From Puniceicoccales bacterium (GTDB lineage: Bacteria; Verrucomicrobiota; Verrucomicrobiia; Opitutales; LL51), in assembly GCA_031257405.1 (NCBI GenBank), contig JAIROS010000002.1, positions 10,512 through 74,511 of the forward strand: a DNA stretch of 64,000 bases, read 5' to 3'. The notes beneath the pieces were generated by a model. The model worked only from the letters and a program-made list of their open reading frames with translations, ran no database searches and was not told the origin of the DNA. Both the position numbers and the translations under genes were made by a program. Below, in pieces: positions 47,880-56,474 of this stretch. Within the stretch, counting starts at the first letter, position 1. Each line of letters begins with the position of its first letter.

Positions 47880-49225
47880 GTGGATCTCAGAGGTCACCTC
47901 CAGCAAACCCAGACTCAGCGGCTATCGCCGGCGATGCTGCGGGCGCTGAATATTTTACAATTACCCGCCGTCGAACTTTACCAACTCGCCGCCGAAGAAA
48001 TCCGACGCAATCCGCTCCTCGACATCACGGCTGCCGACGCTTTTTCCCCCATTTTTTCCGCAAGCGGGAACGCGGAAGATATTGATATAGGCGCGCGCGC
48101 GATATAGTTGACGATGAAAAAAGCAAGCAAAATTTTTTAGAAAATATTGCGGCGGAACGTTCTCCGGAGGATTATCTTTTAGCGCAGGTGCCCGATCTGG
48201 ACGAAACCACGAAATCGGCATTGGCAACGCTGATTAGCAACCTCGATGGGCGCGGATTTTTGTCGGAGGATGTGGCGCAACAATTCGGAATCTCTCCCGC
48301 AAACGGCGAAGAGAATCGCGATTCGGCTTCCAAAAATTTGCCGGAAAATGTTTTTCAAAAAGCTTACAAAATTTTACGATCGCTTTCGCCGAAGGGCATC
48401 GGCGCTCGAGATTTACAGGACTGTTTTTTGCTGCAAATCCCACAAAATACGCCGCTTTACGAGCTCATCGCGCAGCATTTCGACGACCTGGAATATCGCC
48501 GTTTTGTTAAATTACGACGAAAACTTGGTAAAACGCAAACCGAATTACGTGCGCTGCTGGCGCCCCTAAAGTCACTCAACTTCGCCCCGCTCAAGACGAT
48601 TACGCCGCACACCAATCCGACAATAATTCCGGAAATTATTTTCAAAAAAACCGATCGCCGGTGGAGTTTCGAGCTTCGTGGCCCACCGGAAATGAGGATG
48701 AGCGACCTTTACAAAACGCTGCTTATCCGCCCGCTGAAGGGCGAAGAGCGTGATTTTTTTACAAAAAATAAACAAAATGTTCAATTTTAGATTCAATCGC
48801 TGCATCAACGTCGGGAAACTTTACAAAAAATTGCCCAATATATTTTGAAATTTCAGAGTGATTTTTTGGAAAATGGCCACGCTTCACTGCGCCCGCATCA
48901 TCAAAAACAAGCCGCCGCGCTCCTGCACGTACACCCCTCCACACTCTCGAGGGCGATCCAAAATAAATATGCTCAGACGCCGCACGGAACGGTTCCGCTG
49001 CAATTTTTCTTCTCCCACGGCAATCACGGCTCACTCATCGCACAAAACGCCCTCCGCGAAAACATCAAAAATATGATCAAAAACGAAAACAAAATTTCGC
49101 CACTCAGCGACGGAAAAATCGCACAAATCCTCCAAAATGAAGACATTTGGATCGCACGACGCACCATAACTAAATACCGCACACTCCTCAGTATCCCTTC
49201 AGCAAATGTCCGGCGATATATGTAA
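47880..49225 (+). pseudogene. rpoN: RNA polymerase sigma-54 factor, disrupted by one frameshift and one in-frame TAG
   Basis: Three collinear pieces are present. Region I is QRLSPAMLRALNILQLPAVELYQLAAEEIRRNPLL (frame 0, stop at 48105..48107). The core-binding part is GIGARDLQDCFLLQI (frame 2, open from 48086, TAG at 48788..48790). The C-terminal part holds the HTH and RpoN box, HPSTLSRAIQNKY..TP.G...LQFFFS and ARRTITKYR (same frame, to 49225). Confidence 0.85.
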
Positions 49226-49254
49226 AATTTTTCACAAAAAAAATAATTTTATAA

Positions 49255-49335
49255 TTTTAAATTAAAATCCAAACGCGTTACTCGCCCCTCCCTATGTTTT
49301 CTAGCGTGGCACAAATTTTTTCCATTGTCAACTAT
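49255..49335 (-). repeat. Solitary copy of the element repeated at 28160..28545
   Basis: By-eye alignment: aattaaaatccaaacgcgttactcgcccctccc...ccattgtcaac here against aattagaattccaaacgcggcattctccccaccc...ccaattgtcaag in the array, roughly two-thirds identical. It includes a minus-strand AAAAATAG-TTGACA. Confidence 0.6.
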
Positions 49336-49418
49336 TTTTTATATTTAAAAATTTTTTCGACATTTGCGCGGCATTTCCAATATGAATTTCAGGTTTCGGA
49401 TTTTTTGAATCACCGACA

Positions 49419-50750
49419 ATGGAAACGACTATTTTCCGACAGCTCCCCGACGCATTTTTTCACGGCGACTTCCCGGTCGAAATCAGCGGTTTTTGGAACG
49501 ACACGCGGACGCTTCGGCCTGGCGGCTGCTTCCTTGCGCTCACCGCGCGGCGCGACGGCCACGAATTCCTCGCCGATGCACAACGAAATGGCGCCCATTG
49601 CGCAATCGTCAGCCGCATCAACAAAAATTTAACCCTGCCCCAATTCCGCGTCGCCGATGTCCTCGAAGCCGCCAAAACTATTGTAAAAATTTATCGAAAA
49701 AATTATATAATCATTTCCGTGTCCGGTAGCTACGGAAAAACATCCACGAAAGATATGTTGCGGCTACTGTTTGGCGAAAATGCCTACGCGACGGAAGAAA
49801 ATCTCAATAACGAACTCGGCGTCATACTCTCGTTAAGCCGCATAAAATATGAACAATTCGGCATTATCGAAGGCGGAATCGATCACCCTGGCGAAATGGA
49901 TCGCCTCATCGACCTCGTCCGCCCCAATATCTCCGTCACGACCGGAATCGCCTCCGTACACCTCTCAAATTTTGAAAATTTTAATCAATTAATTTGTGAG
50001 AAAGTAAAAATTTTACAAGACGCCCTCGCGCGCAACGGCCACGGCATTGTCCCCGAACATTGCCTGACCCACGCCGCTTTCCGACAATTCGCCGACCGCT
50101 GCACCATCGTCGGCCGCAGCAATCGCCTCGCCCAATACCCGCATTTCACCCAATTCCGACTCGCCAAAAATAATACGATCATTTTGCGCGGGAAATATTT
50201 CCAAAACACCGCTTTTTTACTGCCAGAAATGAGTCTCGGGCAGGCGGAAAACTTCGCCAAAGCAGCCACCGTAGCGAAACTCGCGGGCATCGACGACACC
50301 GTCATTCAAAAAAAAATTTTACAATGGAAGCCGGGGAAAATGCGCGGCGAAACGATTTTTTTCAGGGGCCACGCCGTTTACCTGGACGCCTACAACGCAA
50401 ATCCGGTCGCGATGGACGACGCCCTGCGCCACTTCGACAAAAAATATTCCGGTGAAAAAACTTATATCCTCGGCGGCATGCGGGAACTCGGCCCATTCTC
50501 CGAAAATAGCCACGAAATATTAGCAAAATATTTTTTTAGAAAAAAAAATGCGACGATTTTCGCCATCGGAAAAGAAATGAATACCTTCTTCGAACGGCTG
50601 CGGCGAGCGAATCCCGCAGTAAAAATTTTCTACTTCGAAGACACCGAAACAGCTAAAAAACCTTTATTAAAAGCCATTCGCGGGACAATTTTCGCCAAAG
50701 GTAGCCACGCGTACCACCTGGAAAAAATATTCAGCGACGGCCCCGCTTAA
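49419..50750 (+). CDS. murF: UDP-N-acetylmuramoyl-tripeptide--D-alanyl-D-alanine ligase
   Basis: 443-aa ORF with the Mur-ligase P-loop (ISVSGSYGKTSTKDML), NLNNELGV, and DAYNANP. Confidence 0.9.
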   Translation: METTIFRQLPDAFFHGDFPVEISGFWNDTRTLRPGGCFLALTARRDGHEFLADAQRNGAHCAIVSRINKNLTLPQFRVADVLEAAKTIVKIYRKNYIIISVSGSYGKTSTKDMLRLLFGENAYATEENLNNELGVILSLSRIKYEQFGIIEGGIDHPGEMDRLIDLVRPNISVTTGIASVHLSNFENFNQLICEKVKILQDALARNGHGIVPEHCLTHAAFRQFADRCTIVGRSNRLAQYPHFTQFRLAKNNTIILRGKYFQNTAFLLPEMSLGQAENFAKAATVAKLAGIDDTVIQKKILQWKPGKMRGETIFFRGHAVYLDAYNANPVAMDDALRHFDKKYSGEKTYILGGMRELGPFSENSHEILAKYFFRKKNATIFAIGKEMNTFFERLRRANPAVKIFYFEDTETAKKPLLKAIRGTIFAKGSHAYHLEKIFSDGPA

Positions 50751-50795
50751 GATTTATTTTCCAAATTGCAACATAAAAAAAATATAATAAATATA

Positions 50796-50824
50796 TTGAC
50801 ACTTTTCTAAAAATCTACACCCTC
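50796..50824 (+). promoter_or_regulatory. Putative promoter of the autotransporter gene (-35 TTGACA)
   Basis: Reads aataaatataTTGACActtttctaaaaatctacaccc. The -10 is unclear. A Shine-Dalgarno AAAGGAAAAAGG precedes the ATG at 50869. Confidence 0.3.
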
Positions 50825-50868
50825 AGGCGAGAAGGTATATTAGATACTTTTAATAAAGGAAAAAGGTT

Positions 50869-53800
50869 ATGAAGGAAAAAAATAGGAAGATGGGGCCGCT
50901 AGCGAATCGCTACGGCTTATTAACGGTATTAGGTTTAGGTTGTTCATTTTTGGTGGGGGCTGCTCACGGGACGGAGACCGCCGTGACGGAAAACACGCGC
51001 TACGTAGCGGGAAAAAATGCGGGCAATGTTTTCAAGTTTGGTACGGATGGCGCTCTACCGGCGGCGGCGACGGACGCGTCGATTTTTACTAACGGCAACG
51101 AAGATCGGCTCACACTCAAAGGTGCGGCCAATGCTGGGGCGTTAGCGCAGGTGATATTTGACACTGCTGGTGAAACTGCTGTTGGTGGTACTTTTCAGCC
51201 GGAGGTGAAGAACGCCGATTTAGCGGCGGTAAAGACTTCGCTCCTCGATAATGGTGATTTGAATGAGATTTTCGCGCATAATGGCGCCCCCGCTGATCAT
51301 GCTTTAGCGACGCTCCTCAACAGAATCGCCGTCATCCAAGCCGTTAATGTACTGGATGCAGCCTTTGCTGCACTTCCAGCAGATGTCAACCCCGTAGCAA
51401 ACCAACTTAATGGCGTTGTCGGTGCCACTAACGCGAATGGTGGAGGTGTTACGAATACTGAATTTAAAGCAGCGATTGCACTAATCAAAACCAATGCAAG
51501 TGCCTTTGGCGATGTAACAGCGCTTACAAACAAACTCACTGCCATTGATGGGGCTGGTGGTACAGCTCTCTTCGGTACCACACCATTAAATGGCACTCAG
51601 GCCAAGGCCGAGGCCATTGCGAAGGATATAAATGCCATTCTTGCAGCCACTAACGCTAATCATGGCTTAAAGGAGGAATTTGACGCGATCACAAATGCCG
51701 CCACTACTCAGGCAACGGCCGCAACAACTTTCGCCGGAAATCTAAACACCGGCATGACCACCGGCGCCGGCGAATGGAATACCGCAAACTCCGGAAAAGG
51801 AGAATTGATCGATGGCGGTGTTAATGCTGCTACTACTGCTGTCGTCAGCGGTAATCTCGGTGCGGCCGGAATTTTTGAAGCAATACAAACACAACATGAC
51901 CAATTTATAACATGGTTAAATATTCCCGCCAACGTCGCGGAGGCTGACCTGATAGCCGCCGTACAAGCAGTCTTTGCCCCTGGTGGTGGTGCGCCGGCAG
52001 ACAGAGCAACCGCATTAGCAGTAGTAACATCAAACCTTAACACTGCACTAAATGCCGCCAAAACTGCCGCATACGGCGCCTTGAAAGGCCTATTCGACGT
52101 CGCCCCAGCCCCAGCAGCCGGTGCCGCCGCTACCCCGCGTACCTTCACTTACCAAATTAGCCAAAGTGATTTGAAGAATGACCTGAATTTAACTAGTAGT
52201 ACCACGAGTAAAAATTTCGCCGTCATTGATCCAGCGACTATGAACGCAAATGAAACCGTGATGTTCATCTTTGATACTACAACACGCGAAGCAAAATCTG
52301 TCAACGTCGGTAATATTTTTTACAAAAAACTCGATAAAGATCTCAATTTGCACCTGGTGCATACCTTGATGGATCAGAATGGGACCATAGAGACCGTCGG
52401 ATTTAATGAAATTAAAGATCCCTTCGATCCAAACGCAACCCTAAACCACTTGACCCTGCAGCTTTCGACCGCTGCTCAAGAGCGTTCCGGCAATAATCCT
52501 GATTTTATTTTCGATAAAGAAATATTTGTCAAAAAATTGATCTTGGGTATTCCGAACACTCAGGAGATAGATATCGCAATCAAGAGTGATGTGCAGGATA
52601 AATTGATCAATAATTATAAAATCGGCCCCGGAGGTGTGGATGTAAAATTTGAGGAAAATTTAACTGTCGCGAATGATATTGAAGTTTTACAAAATAGTGA
52701 ACTAAAATTCGTGGATACTAAAACGCTATACCTCGGTGGGAACCTCAAGCTCCGAGATGGCAGCGCCACACTCCATTTAGGTACGGGCTCCGCCAGAGAA
52801 ACGGTCAATATCGCACCTCTCGCAGCACAAGCAGGAAATATTGTATTCGAGAATAGAGATGTGCTCATGCTCACCAGTAATGTTACGCTTAATGTTACAA
52901 ATCCGGGCAGAGGCACCGACTACTACTTCAAAGGCATTACTGGCGCTCCTAATGCTGCATTTACGGTTGCAGCTCCTGATGATCATGCGATAACCCTAAA
53001 ACTTGATGCTATTGATGCTGGCGCTATGCATGTCAATGGAGTTGCCGTTGGTGGCGCTAATGATATCGCCATGATAACCGTTGGGGATGGAGGTACCTTA
53101 GAACTCGAAAATATCACCATAAAAACAACAGATGACGAAAAAAATCCTATTATCGCGAAATTCGGAAGCAATGGTACGTTGGAACTCGACAATGTTACTC
53201 TCGGTGGGACTGGAATAGACATAACGGCACTCAAAGCCGGTGAGAATTTTACAATTGGCCTCAACGGTGCAACAAACTTATACGGTAATATCAATGCTGG
53301 GAAAGGTGCAACGTTGGCCGTAGATCTAGGTAATCCGGGCACTTTAAAATGGCCCGAAGGAAGTTTAGCACTCCCCGCCAATGAAAAACTCAAGATTGAA
53401 ATTGGTGATAGTAGCGATGCGATTCTTGAAAAAGGTTTGTCTGCATTAAAAACAGCTGTAGCTAACAGCAAGTTAAACATCATTGATCTATCTGGTAATG
53501 CGGCTAATGCGGCGGCTATAGGGGCTCTCGTTTCCCTCGACCTCGTTTCGTCACCCCTACTCAAAGGCGCAGCGCTAAAATTCGATGCCACAACCGGCCT
53601 TTTTACATTGGAAGTCCCAGCCAACGCAGTCCCGAGTAATCTCGCCGAATACCTCGCAAACAGCGGTAGTTTCGATCGCGCCTACATCTCCGACGACCTA
53701 TTCAGCATAGTGGATAAGGCGGTCCAAAGCGGTGCCAAAACAAACATCGAAGCCTTATTGGTCCAGGGAATATTTAATCCAAATTATTCCAATGCACAAA

Positions 53801-54861
53801 AATCTAAGATCCTATCCGCTCTATCCAAAACTACGACCGAAGAGAAAAATCGCGCCACATTAACATTGATCGATACCGCACGCGAAACGATCTACGGAAA
53901 AATGGGACAAGATCCCGACCCCGGTAAACATTATAGCGTTTGGGTATCTGGTTTCGGCGACGTCGCGCGGAATGGTTCTTCCGGTAGCTATAAGATGAAA
54001 TGCAACACCTACGGCTTCACTCTGGGCGTCGATACCCACATCAATGATGACTTCCTTTTGGGTGCCGTGTTCGGCTACGGTAAAGCGAAAGCCAAAAACA
54101 GAGGCGATATGGCGCTTAGCAGCGACGGCCGGTTCGATCTCAAGTCCTATTTCGGCGGCATTTACGGTATGTGGGATGAACTTGTTCCGGACCTTTCCCT
54201 CAAATTCTCCGTCCTCGCCGGCCACGGGAAATACGAAGAAAAACAATATTTTGACTTTGGAATAGCAAAAGGTACTATTCTCGATAGCAGCCACGACGGC
54301 AACTGGTTGAGCGGCAATGTGGATTTCACCTACAAGCACTGGAGTGTTATGGGCTTCAACGTCGGCCCTTGGGTATCCCTTTCGGCGACAACGATCCACC
54401 AAAAAAGCGGCGATGTGGGTTCCGCAACCACTACTAAAACGGATCGTATGGTCAATAGCACCGCTACACACTACAAGCGCGAGGTAGCTGCTGCCGATCG
54501 GCGCGCCATTGAAGCCATATTTGGTGTCGCGATGGATTACGAATTCGCAGCGGGTATTTTCGAGCTCGCTCTTGGTTACAAGCACGACTGGCGCAAGTTA
54601 AAAGGCGGTAAAGTATCCATTTGGGAGGCGTTCAGCGACGGCAATTACAAAGGATTGACGGCCGCATCGGGTAGCAATCACATTTCCGAGTTTTTCAAAT
54701 TCGGCGCATCGAACATGGAAACGGGCAAGCATGCGTTTGTTGGGCGAGCTGCTTGGAACATGCAATTTGGAAATTTTGGATTGACTCTCGGTGGTCACGG
54801 CCAAGCGGGGAGCCATTTTAAGGACATTTCCGGTTTCATAACCGCTTCTTATTCATTTTAA
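50869..54861 (+). CDS. Autotransporter outer-membrane protein (type Va) with a long Ala/Thr/Asn-rich passenger
   Basis: 1330-aa ORF with a signal peptide (LLTVLGLGCSFLVGAAHG). The last 280 aa or so show the alternating beta-barrel pattern (HYSVWVSGFGD...YGFTLGVD...GAVFGYG) and end in the aromatic SYSF. Confidence 0.88.
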   Translation: MKEKNRKMGPLANRYGLLTVLGLGCSFLVGAAHGTETAVTENTRYVAGKNAGNVFKFGTDGALPAAATDASIFTNGNEDRLTLKGAANAGALAQVIFDTAGETAVGGTFQPEVKNADLAAVKTSLLDNGDLNEIFAHNGAPADHALATLLNRIAVIQAVNVLDAAFAALPADVNPVANQLNGVVGATNANGGGVTNTEFKAAIALIKTNASAFGDVTALTNKLTAIDGAGGTALFGTTPLNGTQAKAEAIAKDINAILAATNANHGLKEEFDAITNAATTQATAATTFAGNLNTGMTTGAGEWNTANSGKGELIDGGVNAATTAVVSGNLGAAGIFEAIQTQHDQFITWLNIPANVAEADLIAAVQAVFAPGGGAPADRATALAVVTSNLNTALNAAKTAAYGALKGLFDVAPAPAAGAAATPRTFTYQISQSDLKNDLNLTSSTTSKNFAVIDPATMNANETVMFIFDTTTREAKSVNVGNIFYKKLDKDLNLHLVHTLMDQNGTIETVGFNEIKDPFDPNATLNHLTLQLSTAAQERSGNNPDFIFDKEIFVKKLILGIPNTQEIDIAIKSDVQDKLINNYKIGPGGVDVKFEENLTVANDIEVLQNSELKFVDTKTLYLGGNLKLRDGSATLHLGTGSARETVNIAPLAAQAGNIVFENRDVLMLTSNVTLNVTNPGRGTDYYFKGITGAPNAAFTVAAPDDHAITLKLDAIDAGAMHVNGVAVGGANDIAMITVGDGGTLELENITIKTTDDEKNPIIAKFGSNGTLELDNVTLGGTGIDITALKAGENFTIGLNGATNLYGNINAGKGATLAVDLGNPGTLKWPEGSLALPANEKLKIEIGDSSDAILEKGLSALKTAVANSKLNIIDLSGNAANAAAIGALVSLDLVSSPLLKGAALKFDATTGLFTLEVPANAVPSNLAEYLANSGSFDRAYISDDLFSIVDKAVQSGAKTNIEALLVQGIFNPNYSNAQKSKILSALSKTTTEEKNRATLTLIDTARETIYGKMGQDPDPGKHYSVWVSGFGDVARNGSSGSYKMKCNTYGFTLGVDTHINDDFLLGAVFGYGKAKAKNRGDMALSSDGRFDLKSYFGGIYGMWDELVPDLSLKFSVLAGHGKYEEKQYFDFGIAKGTILDSSHDGNWLSGNVDFTYKHWSVMGFNVGPWVSLSATTIHQKSGDVGSATTTKTDRMVNSTATHYKREVAAADRRAIEAIFGVAMDYEFAAGIFELALGYKHDWRKLKGGKVSIWEAFSDGNYKGLTAASGSNHISEFFKFGASNMETGKHAFVGRAAWNMQFGNFGLTLGGHGQAGSHFKDISGFITASYSF

Positions 54862-54879
54862 CGCTTTCGGTTGCACAGG

Positions 54880-54907
54880 GGGGCGGACAATTCCGCTCCT
54901 TTTTTTT
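54880..54907 (+). terminator. Rho-independent terminator after the autotransporter gene
   Basis: GGGGCGGA-caat-TCCGCTCC (8-bp stem including one G-U pair) followed by T8, 19 nt after the stop. Confidence 0.8.
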
Positions 54908-54944
54908 ATCTGGTTTTTTGGCATTATTTTGTTTCGATTGCTGC

Positions 54945-55325
54945 ATGGGCGGCATTATTTCGGTTGGCCACGACATGGTCGAAATTGAACGCGTGGAGCG
55001 TGCTATCAAGCGGTATGGCGAAAAATTTTTACAAAAAATATACACGCCGGCTGAGTTGCGCTATGCATTTGGGAGGGGGGATGCCGTGTCGTCTTTAGCG
55101 GCTCGATTTGCGGCCAAGGAGGCCATTTCGAAGGCATTTTTATGTGGCATCGGGCGGCAATTTCGCTGGCAAAGTGCGTCCATTATTCACCGAGATAGTG
55201 GGGCTCCGGAGGTTATTCTCGATGTTTTAGGGGCGGCGCGTTTGGAGAAACTAAGCGGCCGGCGGGTCATTATTTCTCTGACGCATACCCGCTCCATAGC
55301 TTCGGCGGTCGCCCTCGTTACCTGA
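54945..55325 (+). CDS. acpS: Holo-[acyl-carrier-protein] synthase
   Basis: The ORF track gives 54918..55325. The ATG at 54945 gives MGGIISVGHDMVEIERV..., the AcpS N-terminus. Also present: AARFAAKEA..KA and SLTH. Confidence 0.9.
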   Translation: MGGIISVGHDMVEIERVERAIKRYGEKFLQKIYTPAELRYAFGRGDAVSSLAARFAAKEAISKAFLCGIGRQFRWQSASIIHRDSGAPEVILDVLGAARLEKLSGRRVIISLTHTRSIASAVALVT

Positions 55326-55346
55326 TTAAATAACTGAGTACCGAAA

Positions 55347-55416
55347 ATTATTTTCAATATTCTAGGGGCACGGAGGAACTAAGCGGCTGGCGGGTTATTA
55401 TTTCTCTGACGCACAT
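55347..55416 (+). repeat. Partial duplicate of the acpS 3' end
   Basis: 55347..55416 (aattattttcaatattctaggggcacggaggaactaagcggctggcgggttattatttctctgacgca) matches 55211..55287 inside acpS with one short deletion. Confidence 0.8.
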
Positions 55417-55451
55417 TGCCCATAAAGTAAAAAAAATTAAAATTTAAACAC

Positions 55452-56450
55452 TTACAAAACAACAATATCTTCATCGACCGGCTCAGCGGCATGTAACGGA
55501 TGCGCGAACCCGTGCATTTCCTCCAGCGACTCCCCGCCGCCTGCCGCAATGTCGCCAACCTCTACCGGAATCTCAAGCGGCCTAAAACCCTTCGCACCCA
55601 CAAAAAGTACGCCCCTCCCCGACTCTCCACTCCCCCGAATATTCACGCTTACCGTGCGCTCACCAGGTAAAAAACGGACCTCCGGCATAATAATACTGTC
55701 GGGGATGTCGGTCGTGACGTCGAGCTCAATGCCGTCCGCCGGCGCCGCCTGGTCAATCATAAATACTAACCGCTGACTCTCCCCATTACCCAAACGAATA
55801 AAATCACTGCTGCATTGCAAATTCGAACGGTCAATGAAAAATGTCCCCGCAAAAAATTCCCTGCGGTTCGATAGCAAATAAACCTCGTACTCCCGATCGC
55901 ACTCCATGGGCGGTACCCTAAAGGCAATGGCGCCCGCCGATAGCCAATCGGACGGAATCGTCCGCCCCCCCATGCGCACCTTGTCTGCCCGCCCTAAACC
56001 GCAGCCAACGATATTCACCGGCGCCCCCACAGGCCCGCGATTCGCATCAAGCGCAAAAATATATTTGCTGGTAACCGCCGTACGGTAGAGCTCGGATTTC
56101 GCAATTCTTTCACGAATGGTGCCGTGGCGATTGATCTCGTAAATCAGCTCGAAATAATAGGGGATGGTGCCCAGGTCGTAAAATGGGTAGTCGTAGACAA
56201 AAATATTATTGCCATCGGGATGTTTTTGCATCTCATGTTTTTGGCCGTTGATAACGACGTAGGGTTTAATACTTTTTTGTAAAATGTCGCCGTCGGAATT
56301 GCGTACGCCCATGGTAATGGTGTACATGTGGGACTGATTTTGCGGCATAACATTGGGCGTCATATTGCAAATATCTTCCTCCATACACCCCCCTAAACCT
56401 ATCGCCGCCGCGAGCAAAAAAATTTTACTTGGCCCAGACAATAATTTCAT
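55452..56450 (-). CDS. Lipoprotein of unknown function with an IPT/TIG-like segment
   Basis: The ORF track gives 55452..56606. The ATG at 56450 gives MKLLSGPSKIFLLAAAIGLGGC (lipobox LGGC). The middle part, VNIVGCGLGRADKVRMGGRTIP....AIAFRVPP, resembles an IPT domain. Confidence 0.6.
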   Translation of the reverse strand: MKLLSGPSKIFLLAAAIGLGGCMEEDICNMTPNVMPQNQSHMYTITMGVRNSDGDILQKSIKPYVVINGQKHEMQKHPDGNNIFVYDYPFYDLGTIPYYFELIYEINRHGTIRERIAKSELYRTAVTSKYIFALDANRGPVGAPVNIVGCGLGRADKVRMGGRTIPSDWLSAGAIAFRVPPMECDREYEVYLLSNRREFFAGTFFIDRSNLQCSSDFIRLGNGESQRLVFMIDQAAPADGIELDVTTDIPDSIIMPEVRFLPGERTVSVNIRGSGESGRGVLFVGAKGFRPLEIPVEVGDIAAGGGESLEEMHGFAHPLHAAEPVDEDIVVL

Positions 56451-56474
56451 AATGGGCGAGGTAAGCACAAATTT

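Noticed and set aside
48788-48790. TAG in rpoN as programmed readthrough or a reassigned codon.
   Set aside because: TAG terminates other well-defined genes in the window (for example ispH at 36213..36215). A second, independent frameshift lesion in the same gene favours decay.
49298-49318. TGGCAC-N5-TTTT downstream of rpoN as a possible sigma-54 (-24/-12) promoter for murF.
   Set aside because: The -12 element lacks the obligatory GC (it reads TTTTCC rather than TTGC), and the sigma-54 gene itself appears inactivated.
52983-54585. 213-aa and 241-aa minus-strand ORFs antisense to the autotransporter gene.
   Set aside because: They are embedded in a gene with a clear signal peptide, passenger and beta-barrel organisation, and the antisense translations have no features.
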